Of a stretch of 64,000 bases of DNA, positions 54,423 through 64,000 are shown piece by piece. How positions within the stretch are numbered: the stretch's first letter is position 1; each line of letters opens with the position of its first letter. The notes below the pieces were generated by a model that made no database searches, had not been told where the DNA came from, and saw only the letters and a list, made by a program, of their open reading frames with translations. The position numbers and the translations under genes are program-made. The DNA lies in the NCBI GenBank assembly GCA_963422665.1, contig OY730441.1:2061737-2125736 (forward strand), written 5' to 3'. The stretch comes from Alphaproteobacteria bacterium (GTDB taxonomy: Bacteria; Pseudomonadota; Alphaproteobacteria; Bin95).

Positions 54423-56021
54423 ATGGACGACATTCTCATCGGGGGCGGCGAGGTCGTGGACGGGACCGGGGCGCCGGGGCGCGCGGCCGATGTGGCGATC
54501 CGCGGCGGGCGCATCGCAGCCATCGAGGAGAGCTACGCAGGCACCGCGGAGACGGTGATCGACGCCGGGGGCCGCATCGTCGCGCCCGGCTTCATCGACA
54601 TCCACACCCATTCCGACTTCACCCTGCCGCTCAACCCCAGGGCGGAATGCAAGATCCGCCAGGGGGTGACGACCGAGGTAGTCGGCAATTGCGGCTTCTC
54701 CGTCGCCCCGGCGCTGCCCGGCAAGGTCGAGATGCTGCGGGACTACCTCTCGGCGAGCGCCCCCTGGCTGCCCTTCGAGGAGACGGATTTCGTCCGCTAC
54801 ATGGAGACCTGGCCGGACCTCTCGCTGAACACGGTGATGCAGGCCGGCCACAACACGCTGCGCCTGATGGCGATGGGCATGGAGGATCGCGACCCCTCCG
54901 ACGCGGAGCTCCGACACATGCAGGACATGTTGGCCGAGGCGCTGGAGGCGGGCGCGCTCGGCCTCTCCTCCGGCCTCTTCACCGCGCCCGGCTGCTACGC
55001 GAAGCCGGAGGAGATGCGCGCGCTCGGCCGCGTGGTGAAGGCGCATGGCGGGCGCTATTCGAGCCATGTGCGAGACGAGAGCCACGGCGTGCATGAGGCG
55101 GTCGCGGAGGCGATTGACGTCGGCGAGCAATGCGGCATCCATGTCCAGGTGGCGCATCTCAAGCTGTCCGGCGCCGGCCGCTGGGGCGAGGCGGACAAGC
55201 TGCTCGGGCAGTTCGCGGAGGCGCGGGCGCGCGGTGTCGATGTGCATTGCGACCAGTATCCCTATGACTGGGCGACCAACCCCTTGCGCTTCCTGTTGCC
55301 CGTCTGGCTGCAGGAGGGCGGCATCGACGCGATGCTGGAGCGGCTTGCCGACCCGCAGATCCGCTCGCGCGTGCGCCAGAAGATCGCCGAGGGCGGCTTC
55401 AACAATTTCGGCCATATCGAGAGCTGGGACGACATCCGCATCGCCAACTCGCCCGGCGCCGCCGAGCCCGGCAGGACGATCTCGGAGATTGCAGCGGCGC
55501 GCGATTGCGACCCGCTCGAGGCAGTATTCGACATCGTCGTCGAGGACCGGGGCGGGACCCGTATCCTGGTGCGCAGCATGTCGGAGGAAGATGTGCGGCG
55601 CATCGCGGCCGAGCCGTCGATGACCGTCGGCTCGGACGGCCCCTGCGTCGCGCCCTACGGCATCACCTCCCAGGGCAAGCCGCATCCGAGACTCTACGGC
55701 ACCTTCCCGCGCGTGCTCGGCCGCTACACCCGCGACGAAGGACTGCTGACCCTGCCGCAGGCCGTCGCCAAGATGACCGGCAATGCCGCCCGGGCGCTCG
55801 GCATGGCGGATCGCGGCCTGCTGCGCGAGGGCTGGGCCGCCGATGTCGTCCTGTTCGATGCGGAGACGATCCGGGACGAAGCCACCTTCGACGAGCCGCA
55901 CACCTATCCGGCGGGCGTCGAGACGGTGATCGTCAACGGCCGGGTCGTCATCCACCGGGGCGAGCACACCGGCGCGCTCGCCGGCCGGCTCCTCCGCTGC
56001 CGCGAGGGCGTGCTGGGTTAG
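54423..56021 (+). CDS. N-acyl-D-amino-acid deacylase (D-aminoacylase)
   Basis: PGFIDIHTHSD, QGVTTEVVGNCG, SSHVRDE, HLK, GSDG, HPRLYGTFPR. Confidence 0.92.
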   Translation: MDDILIGGGEVVDGTGAPGRAADVAIRGGRIAAIEESYAGTAETVIDAGGRIVAPGFIDIHTHSDFTLPLNPRAECKIRQGVTTEVVGNCGFSVAPALPGKVEMLRDYLSASAPWLPFEETDFVRYMETWPDLSLNTVMQAGHNTLRLMAMGMEDRDPSDAELRHMQDMLAEALEAGALGLSSGLFTAPGCYAKPEEMRALGRVVKAHGGRYSSHVRDESHGVHEAVAEAIDVGEQCGIHVQVAHLKLSGAGRWGEADKLLGQFAEARARGVDVHCDQYPYDWATNPLRFLLPVWLQEGGIDAMLERLADPQIRSRVRQKIAEGGFNNFGHIESWDDIRIANSPGAAEPGRTISEIAAARDCDPLEAVFDIVVEDRGGTRILVRSMSEEDVRRIAAEPSMTVGSDGPCVAPYGITSQGKPHPRLYGTFPRVLGRYTRDEGLLTLPQAVAKMTGNAARALGMADRGLLREGWAADVVLFDAETIRDEATFDEPHTYPAGVETVIVNGRVVIHRGEHTGALAGRLLRCREGVLG

Positions 56022-56425
56022 CGCCCCGTCGGCAGTTCCGCCAGCTCGATGAGGATGTTGCCGGTGGCCGCCGGATCCAGGAAGGCGATGCGGCTGCCGC
56101 CATGGCCGGGGCGCGGCGTCTCGTCGATCAGCTTGACGCCCTTCTCCCTCAACTCCGCAAGCGCGGCGTCGATGTCATCCACCTCGAAGCAGAGGTGGTA
56201 AATGCTCTCGCCCCTGCCCTCGATCCACTCGTTCACCTGCGAGGCCGGGCCTTCCGCCTGCAGCAGTTCGATGCTGGTCTCGCCGACGGGATACATGGCG
56301 AGCCGCGTGTCGCCGATGCGTTCCTCATAGTCGAGTTCGAGACCGAGCGTCTCCTCCAGCATCTTCATCGATGCCCCCATGTCGCGCACCGCGATGGCGA
56401 CATGTTCCACGCGCTTGAGTTTCAT
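56018..56425 (-). CDS. mce: methylmalonyl-CoA epimerase (VOC family)
   Basis: EHVAIAV, IELL, YHLCFEVDDI, PRPG..G..IAFL.P..T..ILIEL. Confidence 0.8.
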   Translation of the reverse strand: MKLKRVEHVAIAVRDMGASMKMLEETLGLELDYEERIGDTRLAMYPVGETSIELLQAEGPASQVNEWIEGRGESIYHLCFEVDDIDAALAELREKGVKLIDETPRPGHGGSRIAFLDPAATGNILIELAELPTGR

Positions 56426-56465
56426 GCTTTGCTCGCCCGTTGCTTCGTTACCCGTTCGGGCGGGC

Positions 56466-57533
56466 ATGTTCCTCCGCGAATCCGGCCATTACAAGACCAG
56501 CTACCGCGCGGACATGGCGCTGTTCCCGCACCCGGCCGTGCGGCGGGCGGTGTGGGCCTCGTTGTTCCTGCTGTTCGTGCCCGTGCCGCTGTTCGGCAGC
56601 GAGCACCTGCTGGCGGTGCTCACGCTCAATGCGGTCAACCTCGTGGGCGCTCTCGGACTCACGATCCTGCTCGGTTATGCCGGCCAGATCTCGCTCGGGC
56701 ACGGCGCTTTCATGTCCGTCGGCGCCTATACGGCGGCCAATCTCGCGGTGCGGCTCGACATGCCTGTCTGGCTCACCCTGCCGGCGGGGGCGGCGATGGC
56801 GGCGCTGGTCGGCATCGTGGTCGGCTTGCCCTCGCTGCGGATAAAGGGCTTCTACCTGGCGATCTCCACCCTCGCCGCTCAACTGGTCATCGAGTGGATC
56901 ATCAACCGCACGCCGGCGATCAGCGGCGGCATCCAGGCCTCGATCCATGTGCAGCGCCCGGAACTGTTCGGCATCCGGCTCGACAGCGCGGCGGAGCTCT
57001 ACCTGTTCGTCATGGCCGTCGCCGCCGCCGGGCTGCTGGCAGCGCTCAATCTCGGCCGCTCGCGCCTCGGCCGCGCGATGGTCGCCGTGCGCGAGCACGA
57101 GAACGCCGCCGCGCTCATGGGCGTGGATGTGAGCCGGGTGAAGCTCGCCGCCTTCGCCCTCTCCGCGGCCTATGGCGGCGCGGCGGGCGTACTGTTCACC
57201 TACTATCTGGGCGTCGCCAACTACCAGCAATACACCTTCGCGATTTCCATCTATTACCTCGCCATCAACATCATCGGCGGGCTCGGCAGCGTGTGGGGCG
57301 CGCTGCTGGGGCTTGCTTTCCTCAGCCTCGTGCCGCGCTTCGTGTTCCTCGCCATGAGCACGGTCGGGGCCTGGTTCGTGGACCTCGCCTATATGGCGCA
57401 GGCGGTCGCCCAGGTCAGGCAGATGACCTTCGGCCTCCTGATCCTGGCCTTCCTGGTGCTGGAACCCGAGGGCCTGGCCGCGCTCTGGCGCCGCGCGCGC
57501 AACCGGCTTCGCGCCTGGCCCTTCTCCTACTGA
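56466..57533 (+). CDS. branched-chain amino acid ABC transporter permease (LivM type), orphan
   Basis: GYAGQISLGH, LRIKGFYLAISTL, SRLGRAMVAVRE, IIGGLGS..G, EPEGL, WPFSY. Confidence 0.9.
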   Translation: MFLRESGHYKTSYRADMALFPHPAVRRAVWASLFLLFVPVPLFGSEHLLAVLTLNAVNLVGALGLTILLGYAGQISLGHGAFMSVGAYTAANLAVRLDMPVWLTLPAGAAMAALVGIVVGLPSLRIKGFYLAISTLAAQLVIEWIINRTPAISGGIQASIHVQRPELFGIRLDSAAELYLFVMAVAAAGLLAALNLGRSRLGRAMVAVREHENAAALMGVDVSRVKLAAFALSAAYGGAAGVLFTYYLGVANYQQYTFAISIYYLAINIIGGLGSVWGALLGLAFLSLVPRFVFLAMSTVGAWFVDLAYMAQAVAQVRQMTFGLLILAFLVLEPEGLAALWRRARNRLRAWPFSY

Positions 57534-58465
57534 ACCAGACAGTCCGCGAGGCTCTCCGCGAGGCCCTCGATCAGCGCCGCATAGAGTCCGGGGCCGGCGT
57601 CGAGCGCCGCGCCCACCGGGTCGAGCGCGGCGATGCGCGCGTCAGTGCCCTCAGCGGCCGTCTGCGCGAGCTTCGGGTCCAACTGCGGCTCGACGAAGAC
57701 GCAGACGACGCCGTGTTCGCGCATCTCGCTGCGAATGCGGTCAAGCCGCGCCGGACCCGGCGAGGCGGCGTCGCTCAGCGCTACGGACCCCTCCGACTCG
57801 ATCTCGAAACGATGCTCGAAATAGGCGTAGGCATCATGGGCGGTGAAAAACGACTTGCCGCGCGCAGGCGCCACGATGGCTTCCACCCGCTCCGTCAGCG
57901 CGTCCAGCTCGGCCGCCCCGCCGGCGGCATTGGCTGCATAGGCATCCGCATTGGCAGGGTCGATCGCCGCGAGGCGGGCGGCCATTTCCGCGAGCATGGC
58001 CCTGGCGTTGTCGGGATCGAGCCAGATATGCGGGTCCATGCCGCCATGGTGCTCGTGGGTGTCCTCCCGCTCCTTGCGGTCGCGGTCGCCGTCATGGTCC
58101 TCATGCCCGTCCTCGCGGAACTCGAGCAGCGCCACGCCCGGCGCCTCCATAAGCTCCACCGACAGCGCGTCCGCTGCGAGGCTCTCCACCGCATCGCCGA
58201 GCCAGGGCGTGAGGCCTTCGCCCACCCAGAACACGATATCGGCCGCCGCCAGCCTCGCCGCCTCGGACGGCCGCATGGAATAGCCGTGCGGCGTGGCGCC
58301 GGGCGGCAGGATTGACTCCGGCTCGCCCACGCCCTGCATGACGCGCGCCGCAAGCGACTGGACCGGCGGAATGTCCGTCACGACCCTGGGCGCCGCCATG
58401 GCGGGCAGGACAGCGAGCGAGGCGAGGGCGACGAACGACGAGAGGCAGGCGAGGCGGTGCTTCAT
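57527..58465 (-). CDS. znuA: zinc ABC transporter substrate-binding protein
   Basis: Signal peptide, GATPHGY, His/acidic loop, DPHIWLDP, HDAY.YF, LDP.G. Confidence 0.93.
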   Translation of the reverse strand: MKHRLACLSSFVALASLAVLPAMAAPRVVTDIPPVQSLAARVMQGVGEPESILPPGATPHGYSMRPSEAARLAAADIVFWVGEGLTPWLGDAVESLAADALSVELMEAPGVALLEFREDGHEDHDGDRDRKEREDTHEHHGGMDPHIWLDPDNARAMLAEMAARLAAIDPANADAYAANAAGGAAELDALTERVEAIVAPARGKSFFTAHDAYAYFEHRFEIESEGSVALSDAASPGPARLDRIRSEMREHGVVCVFVEPQLDPKLAQTAAEGTDARIAALDPVGAALDAGPGLYAALIEGLAESLADCLVQ

Positions 58466-58500
58466 GCTGTTATCCTGTATCGTAGCGGCGGATCTGCTTC

Positions 58501-58523
58501 AGAATAGTATAATATAACATTGC
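58501..58523. promoter_or_regulatory. Zur box between divergent znuA and zur
   Basis: Minus strand GCAATGTTATATTATACTATTCT resembles the consensus GAAATGTTATA-N-TATAACATTTC. AT-rich patch in GC-rich DNA. Confidence 0.8.
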
Positions 58524-58541
58524 AGTGCGCCGGGAAACGGG

Positions 58542-59063
58542 ATGGCGAACGGGAAACACGGGGAACGGACGGCGGCGGCGGAAGCGATGCGCCCGCACGA
58601 CCACGGGGACTGCATCCGCCGCGTGCTCGACGAGGCCGAACGCCGCGCGTCGGAGGACAAGGTCAACTTCACGCCCGTCCGCCGGCATGCTCTCGAAATA
58701 TTGCTGGAGAGCCACGCCGCCATGCCGGCATACGGCCTGCTGAAGCGCCTCGATGCGGGCGGGTTCGGCTCCCAGCCGCCGGTCGCTTACCGCGCGCTCG
58801 ATTTTCTCATCGGACAGGGTTTTGTCCACAAGGTGGAGCGATTGAATGCCTATGTCGCCTGCATGTATCCGCATGAAACGCACACGCCGGCTTTCCTGAT
58901 CTGCCGCACTTGCCGCTCCGTGGCGGAGACCTGCGTATCGCCCGCTCCGGCCGCGCTGCTGCAGGAGGCGCGGGCGACGGGTTTCGCCATCGAATGCTCG
59001 GTGATGGAGGCGGAGGGTCTCTGCCGGGACTGCGCCCCGGGAGCCGGCGCGCCGTGCGGTTGA
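58542..59063 (+). CDS. zur: zinc uptake regulator
   Basis: HDH..C, TPVRR, PPVAYRALDFL, HKVERLNAYVAC, CRTC, C..C. Confidence 0.93.
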   Translation: MANGKHGERTAAAEAMRPHDHGDCIRRVLDEAERRASEDKVNFTPVRRHALEILLESHAAMPAYGLLKRLDAGGFGSQPPVAYRALDFLIGQGFVHKVERLNAYVACMYPHETHTPAFLICRTCRSVAETCVSPAPAALLQEARATGFAIECSVMEAEGLCRDCAPGAGAPCG

Positions 59064-59791
59064 TCGCGATGCACGGCCTCTCGGTGAGGCTGGGCGAACA
59101 GCTCGCGCTGCGCGACATCGACCTCGCGGTGGACCGCGGCGAGGTCGTCACCGTCGTCGGCCCCAACGGCTCGGGCAAGACCACGCTGCTGCGCGCCATG
59201 GTCGGGGCCGTGCCGCCCGCCGCCGGCAGTGTCGAGCGCGCACCGGGGCTGCGCATCGGCTATGTGCCGCAGCGCCTCCATCTCGACGCCACCCTGCCGA
59301 TTACCGTCGCGCGCTTCCTCCGGCTCGGCGCGCGACGGCGCAATGGCAGTATCGGCCGCGCGCTGGAGGAGACCGGCGTGCCGGACCTCGCCGGGCGGCA
59401 GATGACGGCGCTCTCCGGCGGGCAGTTCCAGCGCGTGCTGCTGGCGCGGGCATTGCTCTCCGAACCCGACCTGCTGCTGCTCGACGAGCCGGCGCAGGGC
59501 CTGGACCAGCCGGGCATGGCCGCGCTCTACCGGCTGATCGGCGCAGTGCGCGACCGCCTGGGCTGCGGCGTGCTGATGGTCAGCCACGACCTGCATGTCG
59601 TGATGGGGGCGACCGACCGGGTGATCGCGCTCAACGGCACCGTCTGGTGCGAGGGGCCGCCCGTGGCCGTGTCCTCGGCCTCCGAATACCGCACGCTGTT
59701 CGGCGAGGCGGCGCCGGGCGCGCTCGCCCTGAACCGCCATGCGCCGGGCCACCGCCACACGCCGGAGTACGGGTGCTCGACGACTTCCTGA
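59054..59791 (+). CDS. znuC: zinc ABC transporter ATP-binding protein
   Basis: GPNGSGKTT, IGYVPQR, LSGGQFQR, LLLDEP, VSHDL. Confidence 0.93.
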   Translation: MRLIAMHGLSVRLGEQLALRDIDLAVDRGEVVTVVGPNGSGKTTLLRAMVGAVPPAAGSVERAPGLRIGYVPQRLHLDATLPITVARFLRLGARRRNGSIGRALEETGVPDLAGRQMTALSGGQFQRVLLARALLSEPDLLLLDEPAQGLDQPGMAALYRLIGAVRDRLGCGVLMVSHDLHVVMGATDRVIALNGTVWCEGPPVAVSSASEYRTLFGEAAPGALALNRHAPGHRHTPEYGCSTTS

Positions 59792-60570
59792 CCCGCGCCT
59801 GCCTCGCCGGCGTCGGTGTGGCGCTTGCGGCGGGCCCGCTCGGCTGCTTCGTCGTCTGGCGGCGGATCGCCTATTTCGGCGATGCGACCGCCCATGCGGC
59901 GATCCTCGGCGTTGCGCTGTCGCTCGCCTTTTCGATCTCGACCGTCATCGGCGTGCTCGCTGCGGCAGCGGCCATGGCGGTCGCCGTTTCGATGCTCTCC
60001 GGGCGCGGCCTGGCGATGGACACGCTGCTCGGCGTCGCCTCGCATGGCAGCCTCGCGGTGGGGCTGGTGGCGGTCGCGGCCGCGTCCCCGCGCGCCATCG
60101 ACGTGGACGCCTATCTGTTCGGCGAAATCCTCGCCGTGACCCGCACCGACCTCGCGGTGATCTGGGGCGGGGCGGCGGTGGTGCTGGGCCTCATCGTCTG
60201 GCGCTGGCCGGCGCTGCTCACCGCAACCCTCAGCCCGGAACTCGCGCGCGGCGGCGGCATCGACCCGGAGCGCGAGCAGCTTGCCATGACCATGGCGATC
60301 GCGGTGCTCGTCGCCGTCTCGATCAAGGTGGTGGGCGCGCTGCTGATTACCGCGATGCTGATCGTCCCGGCCGCCGCCGCCCGGCCGTTCTCGAGCACGC
60401 CGGAACGCATGGCGGTCGGCGCGGCGCTCATCGCCGTCGCATCCGTCTTCGCCGGCCTCGGCGCCTCCTGGCGCTGGGACACGCCCACCGGCCCCACCAT
60501 CGTGACGCTTGCGGTGCTGTTCTTCGCCGTCTCCTGCTCCCTGGGCGCGCTCCGGCGGAAAGCGGGCTGA
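59773..60570 (+). CDS. znuB: zinc ABC transporter permease
   Basis: [48 protein letters not shown]. Confidence 0.93.
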   Translation: MLDDFLTRACLAGVGVALAAGPLGCFVVWRRIAYFGDATAHAAILGVALSLAFSISTVIGVLAAAAAMAVAVSMLSGRGLAMDTLLGVASHGSLAVGLVAVAAASPRAIDVDAYLFGEILAVTRTDLAVIWGGAAVVLGLIVWRWPALLTATLSPELARGGGIDPEREQLAMTMAIAVLVAVSIKVVGALLITAMLIVPAAAARPFSSTPERMAVGAALIAVASVFAGLGASWRWDTPTGPTIVTLAVLFFAVSCSLGALRRKAG

Positions 60571-60676
60571 ACCGGGCTGCGGCGGGGCTTTCCGCCACGG
60601 CGAAGTCGGCGTTTGCACGGAGCGCGCGAGCTTGTCATTCTGCGCCCCTTCCGTCCGGCGAGGAGAGAGTGCCCTC

Positions 60677-62350
60677 ATGGCCAAGAGCGATATCGAAATT
60701 GCCCGCGCAGCGCGGTTGCGGCCGATCGGCGAGATCGCCGCGCGCCTCGGAATTCCCGAAAGCGCGCTCGTGCCTTACGGCCGCGACAAGGCCAAGGTGG
60801 CCGCGGATTTCATCGACGGCCTGGCAGGCCGGCCCGACGGCAAGCTCATCCTGGTGACTGCCATGACGCCGACGCCGGCGGGCGAAGGCAAGACGACGAC
60901 AACGGTCGGCCTCGGCGACGGACTGAACCGCATCGGCAGGAACACGGCAATCTGCCTGCGCGAGCCTTCGCTCGGCCCCTGTTTCGGCATGAAGGGCGGG
61001 GCGGCCGGCGGCGGCTACGCCCAGGTCGTGCCGATGGAGGACATCAATCTCCATTTCACCGGCGACATGCACGCCATCGGCGCCGCGCACAACCTGCTTT
61101 CCGCCATGACGGACAACCACATCTACTGGGGCAACGGGCTGGAGCTGGATGCGCGCCGCGTCACCTGGCGGCGCGTGGTGGACATGAACGACCGGGCGCT
61201 GCGCGACATCGCGGTCTCGCTCGGCGGCGTCGCCAACGGCTTCCCGCGCCAGACCGGCTACGACATCACCGTCGCTTCGGAGATCATGGCGATCCTCTGC
61301 CTCGCCTCGGACCGAGTGGACCTCCAGCGCCGGCTGGGCCAGATCGTCGTCGGCGGCCGACGCGACCAGTCGCCGGTCACGGCGAGCGACCTGAAGGCCG
61401 ACGGCGCGATGATCGTGCTGCTGAAGGACGCGCTGCAGCCCAACCTGGTGCAGACGCTGGAGGGCAACCCGGCCTTCGTCCACGGCGGCCCGTTCGCCAA
61501 TATCGCGCATGGCTGCAACAGCGTGGTCGCGACCCGGGCGGCGCTCAAGCTCGCCGACTATGTGGTCACCGAGGCGGGCTTCGGGGCGGACCTCGGCGCG
61601 GAGAAGTTCTTCGACATCAAGTGCCGCAAGGCGGGGCTCGAACCCGATGCGGTGGTGCTGGTCGCGACGGTGCGCGCGCTGAAGATGCACGGCGGCATCG
61701 CGCGCAATGCGCTGGGCGAAGAGGATGTCACGGCCGTCGAGCGGGGTTTCGCCAATCTCGGCCGCCATCTCGACAATCTCGTCAAGTTCGGCGTGCCGGC
61801 GGTCGTGGCTGTCAACCGCTTCACGGCGGACACCGATGCGGAGATCGCCGCGGTGCGGCGCCTTGCGGCCGAGCGCGGCGCGGCGGCGCATGTCTGCACC
61901 CACTGGGCCGAGGGCGGCGCCGGCACGGAGAGCCTGGCGCAGGCGGTCGCCGCGCTTGCCGACAGCGGCGACGCCGAATTCGCCCCGATCTATCCGGACG
62001 GCCTGCCGCTCTGGGAGAAGATCGAGACGGTCGCGCGCGAGATCTACCGCGCCGACGGGGCCGAGGCGCCGGCGCGGGTCAAGGACCAGCTTGCGCGCTT
62101 CGAGGCCGACGGGTTCGGCCATGTGCCGGTGTGCATGGCGAAGACGCAATACAGCTTCTCTTCCGATCCCGCGCTCAGGGGCGCGCCGGAGGGCTACAGC
62201 ATTCCGGTGCGCGAAGTGCGGCTTGCGGCCGGTGCGGAGTTTGTGGTCGCGGTCTGCGGCGACATCATGACCATGCCGGGCCTGCCGCGTACGCCGGCGG
62301 CGGAGGCCATCGGCCTCGACGAAAGCGGGGAGGTGGTCGGCCTCTTCTGA
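60677..62350 (+). CDS. fhs: formate--tetrahydrofolate ligase
   Basis: [57 protein letters not shown]. Confidence 0.98.
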   Translation: MAKSDIEIARAARLRPIGEIAARLGIPESALVPYGRDKAKVAADFIDGLAGRPDGKLILVTAMTPTPAGEGKTTTTVGLGDGLNRIGRNTAICLREPSLGPCFGMKGGAAGGGYAQVVPMEDINLHFTGDMHAIGAAHNLLSAMTDNHIYWGNGLELDARRVTWRRVVDMNDRALRDIAVSLGGVANGFPRQTGYDITVASEIMAILCLASDRVDLQRRLGQIVVGGRRDQSPVTASDLKADGAMIVLLKDALQPNLVQTLEGNPAFVHGGPFANIAHGCNSVVATRAALKLADYVVTEAGFGADLGAEKFFDIKCRKAGLEPDAVVLVATVRALKMHGGIARNALGEEDVTAVERGFANLGRHLDNLVKFGVPAVVAVNRFTADTDAEIAAVRRLAAERGAAAHVCTHWAEGGAGTESLAQAVAALADSGDAEFAPIYPDGLPLWEKIETVAREIYRADGAEAPARVKDQLARFEADGFGHVPVCMAKTQYSFSSDPALRGAPEGYSIPVREVRLAAGAEFVVAVCGDIMTMPGLPRTPAAEAIGLDESGEVVGLF

Positions 62351-62373
62351 CGCCCATCCGGCGCGCGGCGCGA

Positions 62374-62415
62374 CAACAGCTTGACCAGCGCGACGATCAA
62401 CCCGCCCTGGGCGAT
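62374..62415 (-). pseudogene. C-terminal remnant of a DUF1640-like gene
   Basis: Translates IAQGGLIVALVKLL, resembling the typical DUF1640 tail. No upstream body. Confidence 0.4.
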
Positions 62416-62574
62416 CGGCGCGCGCTCCGATGTCCGACCGAGATTTTACGGTCCCCCATTGGCGTTGAATCTGTTTGGATTCAAGATGCTGGTTGAGCAA
62501 ACGCAGCGTCACCGACGGGGTGCGGAAACCTGTCACAGGGTTTGTTGGATTCCCAGTATGCGTCGGCGGACCGG

Positions 62575-63697
62575 CAGGGGAATCGCATTTGGGACCAAGT
62601 GTGCAGATCGGGGATTTGAGGAGGGGGGTCTGGATGGTTTCAAGGGGGTAGGGTCGGATGGCATTGATTGTGTGGATTTTACGGGATGGTCCCGACCCGC
62701 GGCTTGGGAATGCGCGTCGCCACCGATCTTGCGGACATTTTTGACGATTGCGTTGGTGGGGTCGGTGTGCGGCTGCGACAGTTGCGTGGACTTTGCGGAT
62801 TTCGCCGGGGATCGGGAGGGTCTTCTGCGCGAGTTTCCGAGTCTTGAGACCGGCTTGCCGAGCCATGACGCCTTCAGCGGTGTATTCCGTTTTCCGGACC
62901 CGGAGGCGTTTGCGGCCTGCCTGGGGCGCTTCGTGGAGGCGCTCGGGATGGACGGGGCGGGGATGGCGGCGATCGACGCCAGGACCTTGCGGCGGTCTTC
63001 CGACCGGGCGGCGTCGGGGTCGGCCTTGCATGCGGTCACGGCATTCGGGACCGGGGCGCAGGCAGCTCCGGGCCGGAAGGCGGCCTCCAACGGCGGCGAG
63101 ATCGCCCGGGCGCGCGCTTTGCCGGAAACGCGCACTCTCGATGGCGTCCCGGTGACCGGCGATGCGCTGCACCGCCAGAGCGAGACGGCGCGGCTGGTTA
63201 TCGAGCGCGGCGGCGCCTGTCTGTTCGCGCTCAAGGCCAACCGCCCGGCGATGCGGGCCGATGTCGAGGCGTATTGCGCCGACCCGCCCGCGCCGCCGGC
63301 CCGCCACGAGACTATCGACGCCGACCATGGCTGCGTCGAGACCCGCCGCCACCGGGTCCGCCACGATGTCGACTGGCTCTTCTGCGACCGTCGCCACCCC
63401 GGCGAACCCGCCATGCCGGGACCGGCCGCCATCGCCCGCATCGAACGGCTGCGCGAGCACCGCGCCGGAACCTCGCGCAAGTCTCACTTATTATCTGTGT
63501 TCGGCGCCGATCTCAGCCGAACACGTCGCCAGGGCGGCCCGCGCCCGCTGGCGTATCGAGAACGGCTTGCGCCGGGTCCTCGACATGGCCTTCGACGAGG
63601 ACCGCCCCGGAAACCGCGAGGACAACGGACCCGAAAACCTCGCCACACTGCGCAAGCTCGCCCCCAACAGGCTGCGAACCGCCCGATCCGACATGTC
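62575..63697 (+). mobile_element. ISAs1-family transposase pseudogene, cut at the 3' end by IS630
   Basis: Left end CAGGGGAATCGCATTTG. PSHDAF, AID.RTLR, VTGDALH.Q, LKAN.P, DHG..ETR, W.IEN.L..VLD..F.ED. Confidence 0.85.
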
Positions 63698-64000
63698 ATA
63701 CCAGCGGCGATGGTTTGGAACCCATGGGGCCATTTTCCGGTTCCGATAGAGGCGATGCGGCCCGGGTGAGATACGAGTTTGTTCCGGGCTTCGCAGCAGC
63801 GATCGAGGATATCGTCGTAGCTTTGGAAGACACGGTTCGAGAGCCCGTTGTCGCGCAGGAACCGCCGGATGTTCTCGACCGGGTTGAGTTCGGGCGAACG
63901 GGGCGGGAGTGCCGACAGGGCGATATTGCGGGGGACCTTGAGGGTCGAGGAGGTATGCCATCCGGCCCGGTCGAGCATGACGACGGCATGGGCGCCGGGT
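63698..64000 (-). mobile_element. IS630-family transposase 3' part, degenerate; continues beyond the window
   Basis: HAVVMLDRAGWH...LPPRSPELNPVENI..FLRDN.LSNRVF. Confidence 0.85.

Noticed and set aside
60635-63487. 950-aa minus-strand ORF and similar long ORFs (48396-51002, 55505-58315, 23035-25179, 3939-5711)
   Set aside because: These are shadow or alternate frames over well-identified genes, expected at this GC content.

Overview
High-GC alphaproteobacterial chromosome segment. A Rhodospirillales-like affiliation is inferred from gene order, the permuted tmRNA, gcrA, mucR and eipB. From 1 to 28.7 kb the minus strand carries a conserved housekeeping run, in transcription order tauE-TIGR02186-usp-nfuA-tsaB-rimI-mucR-olsB-olsA-miaB-phoH-ybeY-corC-lnt-metK-trmB-rimP-nusA-ylxR-infB-rbfA-truB-rpsO-pnp. 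Two cassettes interrupt this run: a sulfite-oxidation module aprM-aprB-aprA-sat, whose Sat has a 32-aa insertion in its Zn-binding loop, and a 2OG-Fe(II) dioxygenase plus class II aldolase pair. From 28.9 to 35.6 kb lies a decayed defence/TA islet: a frameshifted PtuA/PtuB-like ATPase and HNH pair, stacked IS1595/IS3/IS256 remnants, a frameshifted MbcA/ParS-like antitoxin and a Gly-rich ORF. The right half holds eipB, a two-piece tmRNA (tag ANDNEVALAA), sspB, class I fumarase, a Tat-exported cyclase-family hydrolase, a COG0523 GTPase and a 1.3-kaa autotransporter. The autotransporter's start codon is out of frame with its signal peptide across a C12 tract, a candidate phase-variation switch in the OFF state. 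Next come mccB, gcrA, an IS481 remnant, a catabolic cluster (ALDH, hydrolase, GMC oxidase, amidase, D-aminoacylase), mce, an orphan livM, znuA/zur-znuCB with a Zur box, fhs and ISAs1/IS630 remnants. Other notable signals are the strongly AT-to-GC-looking substitutions in all six IS remnants and a probable ACG start codon for rimP. Family assignments come from recognised motifs, not database searches.
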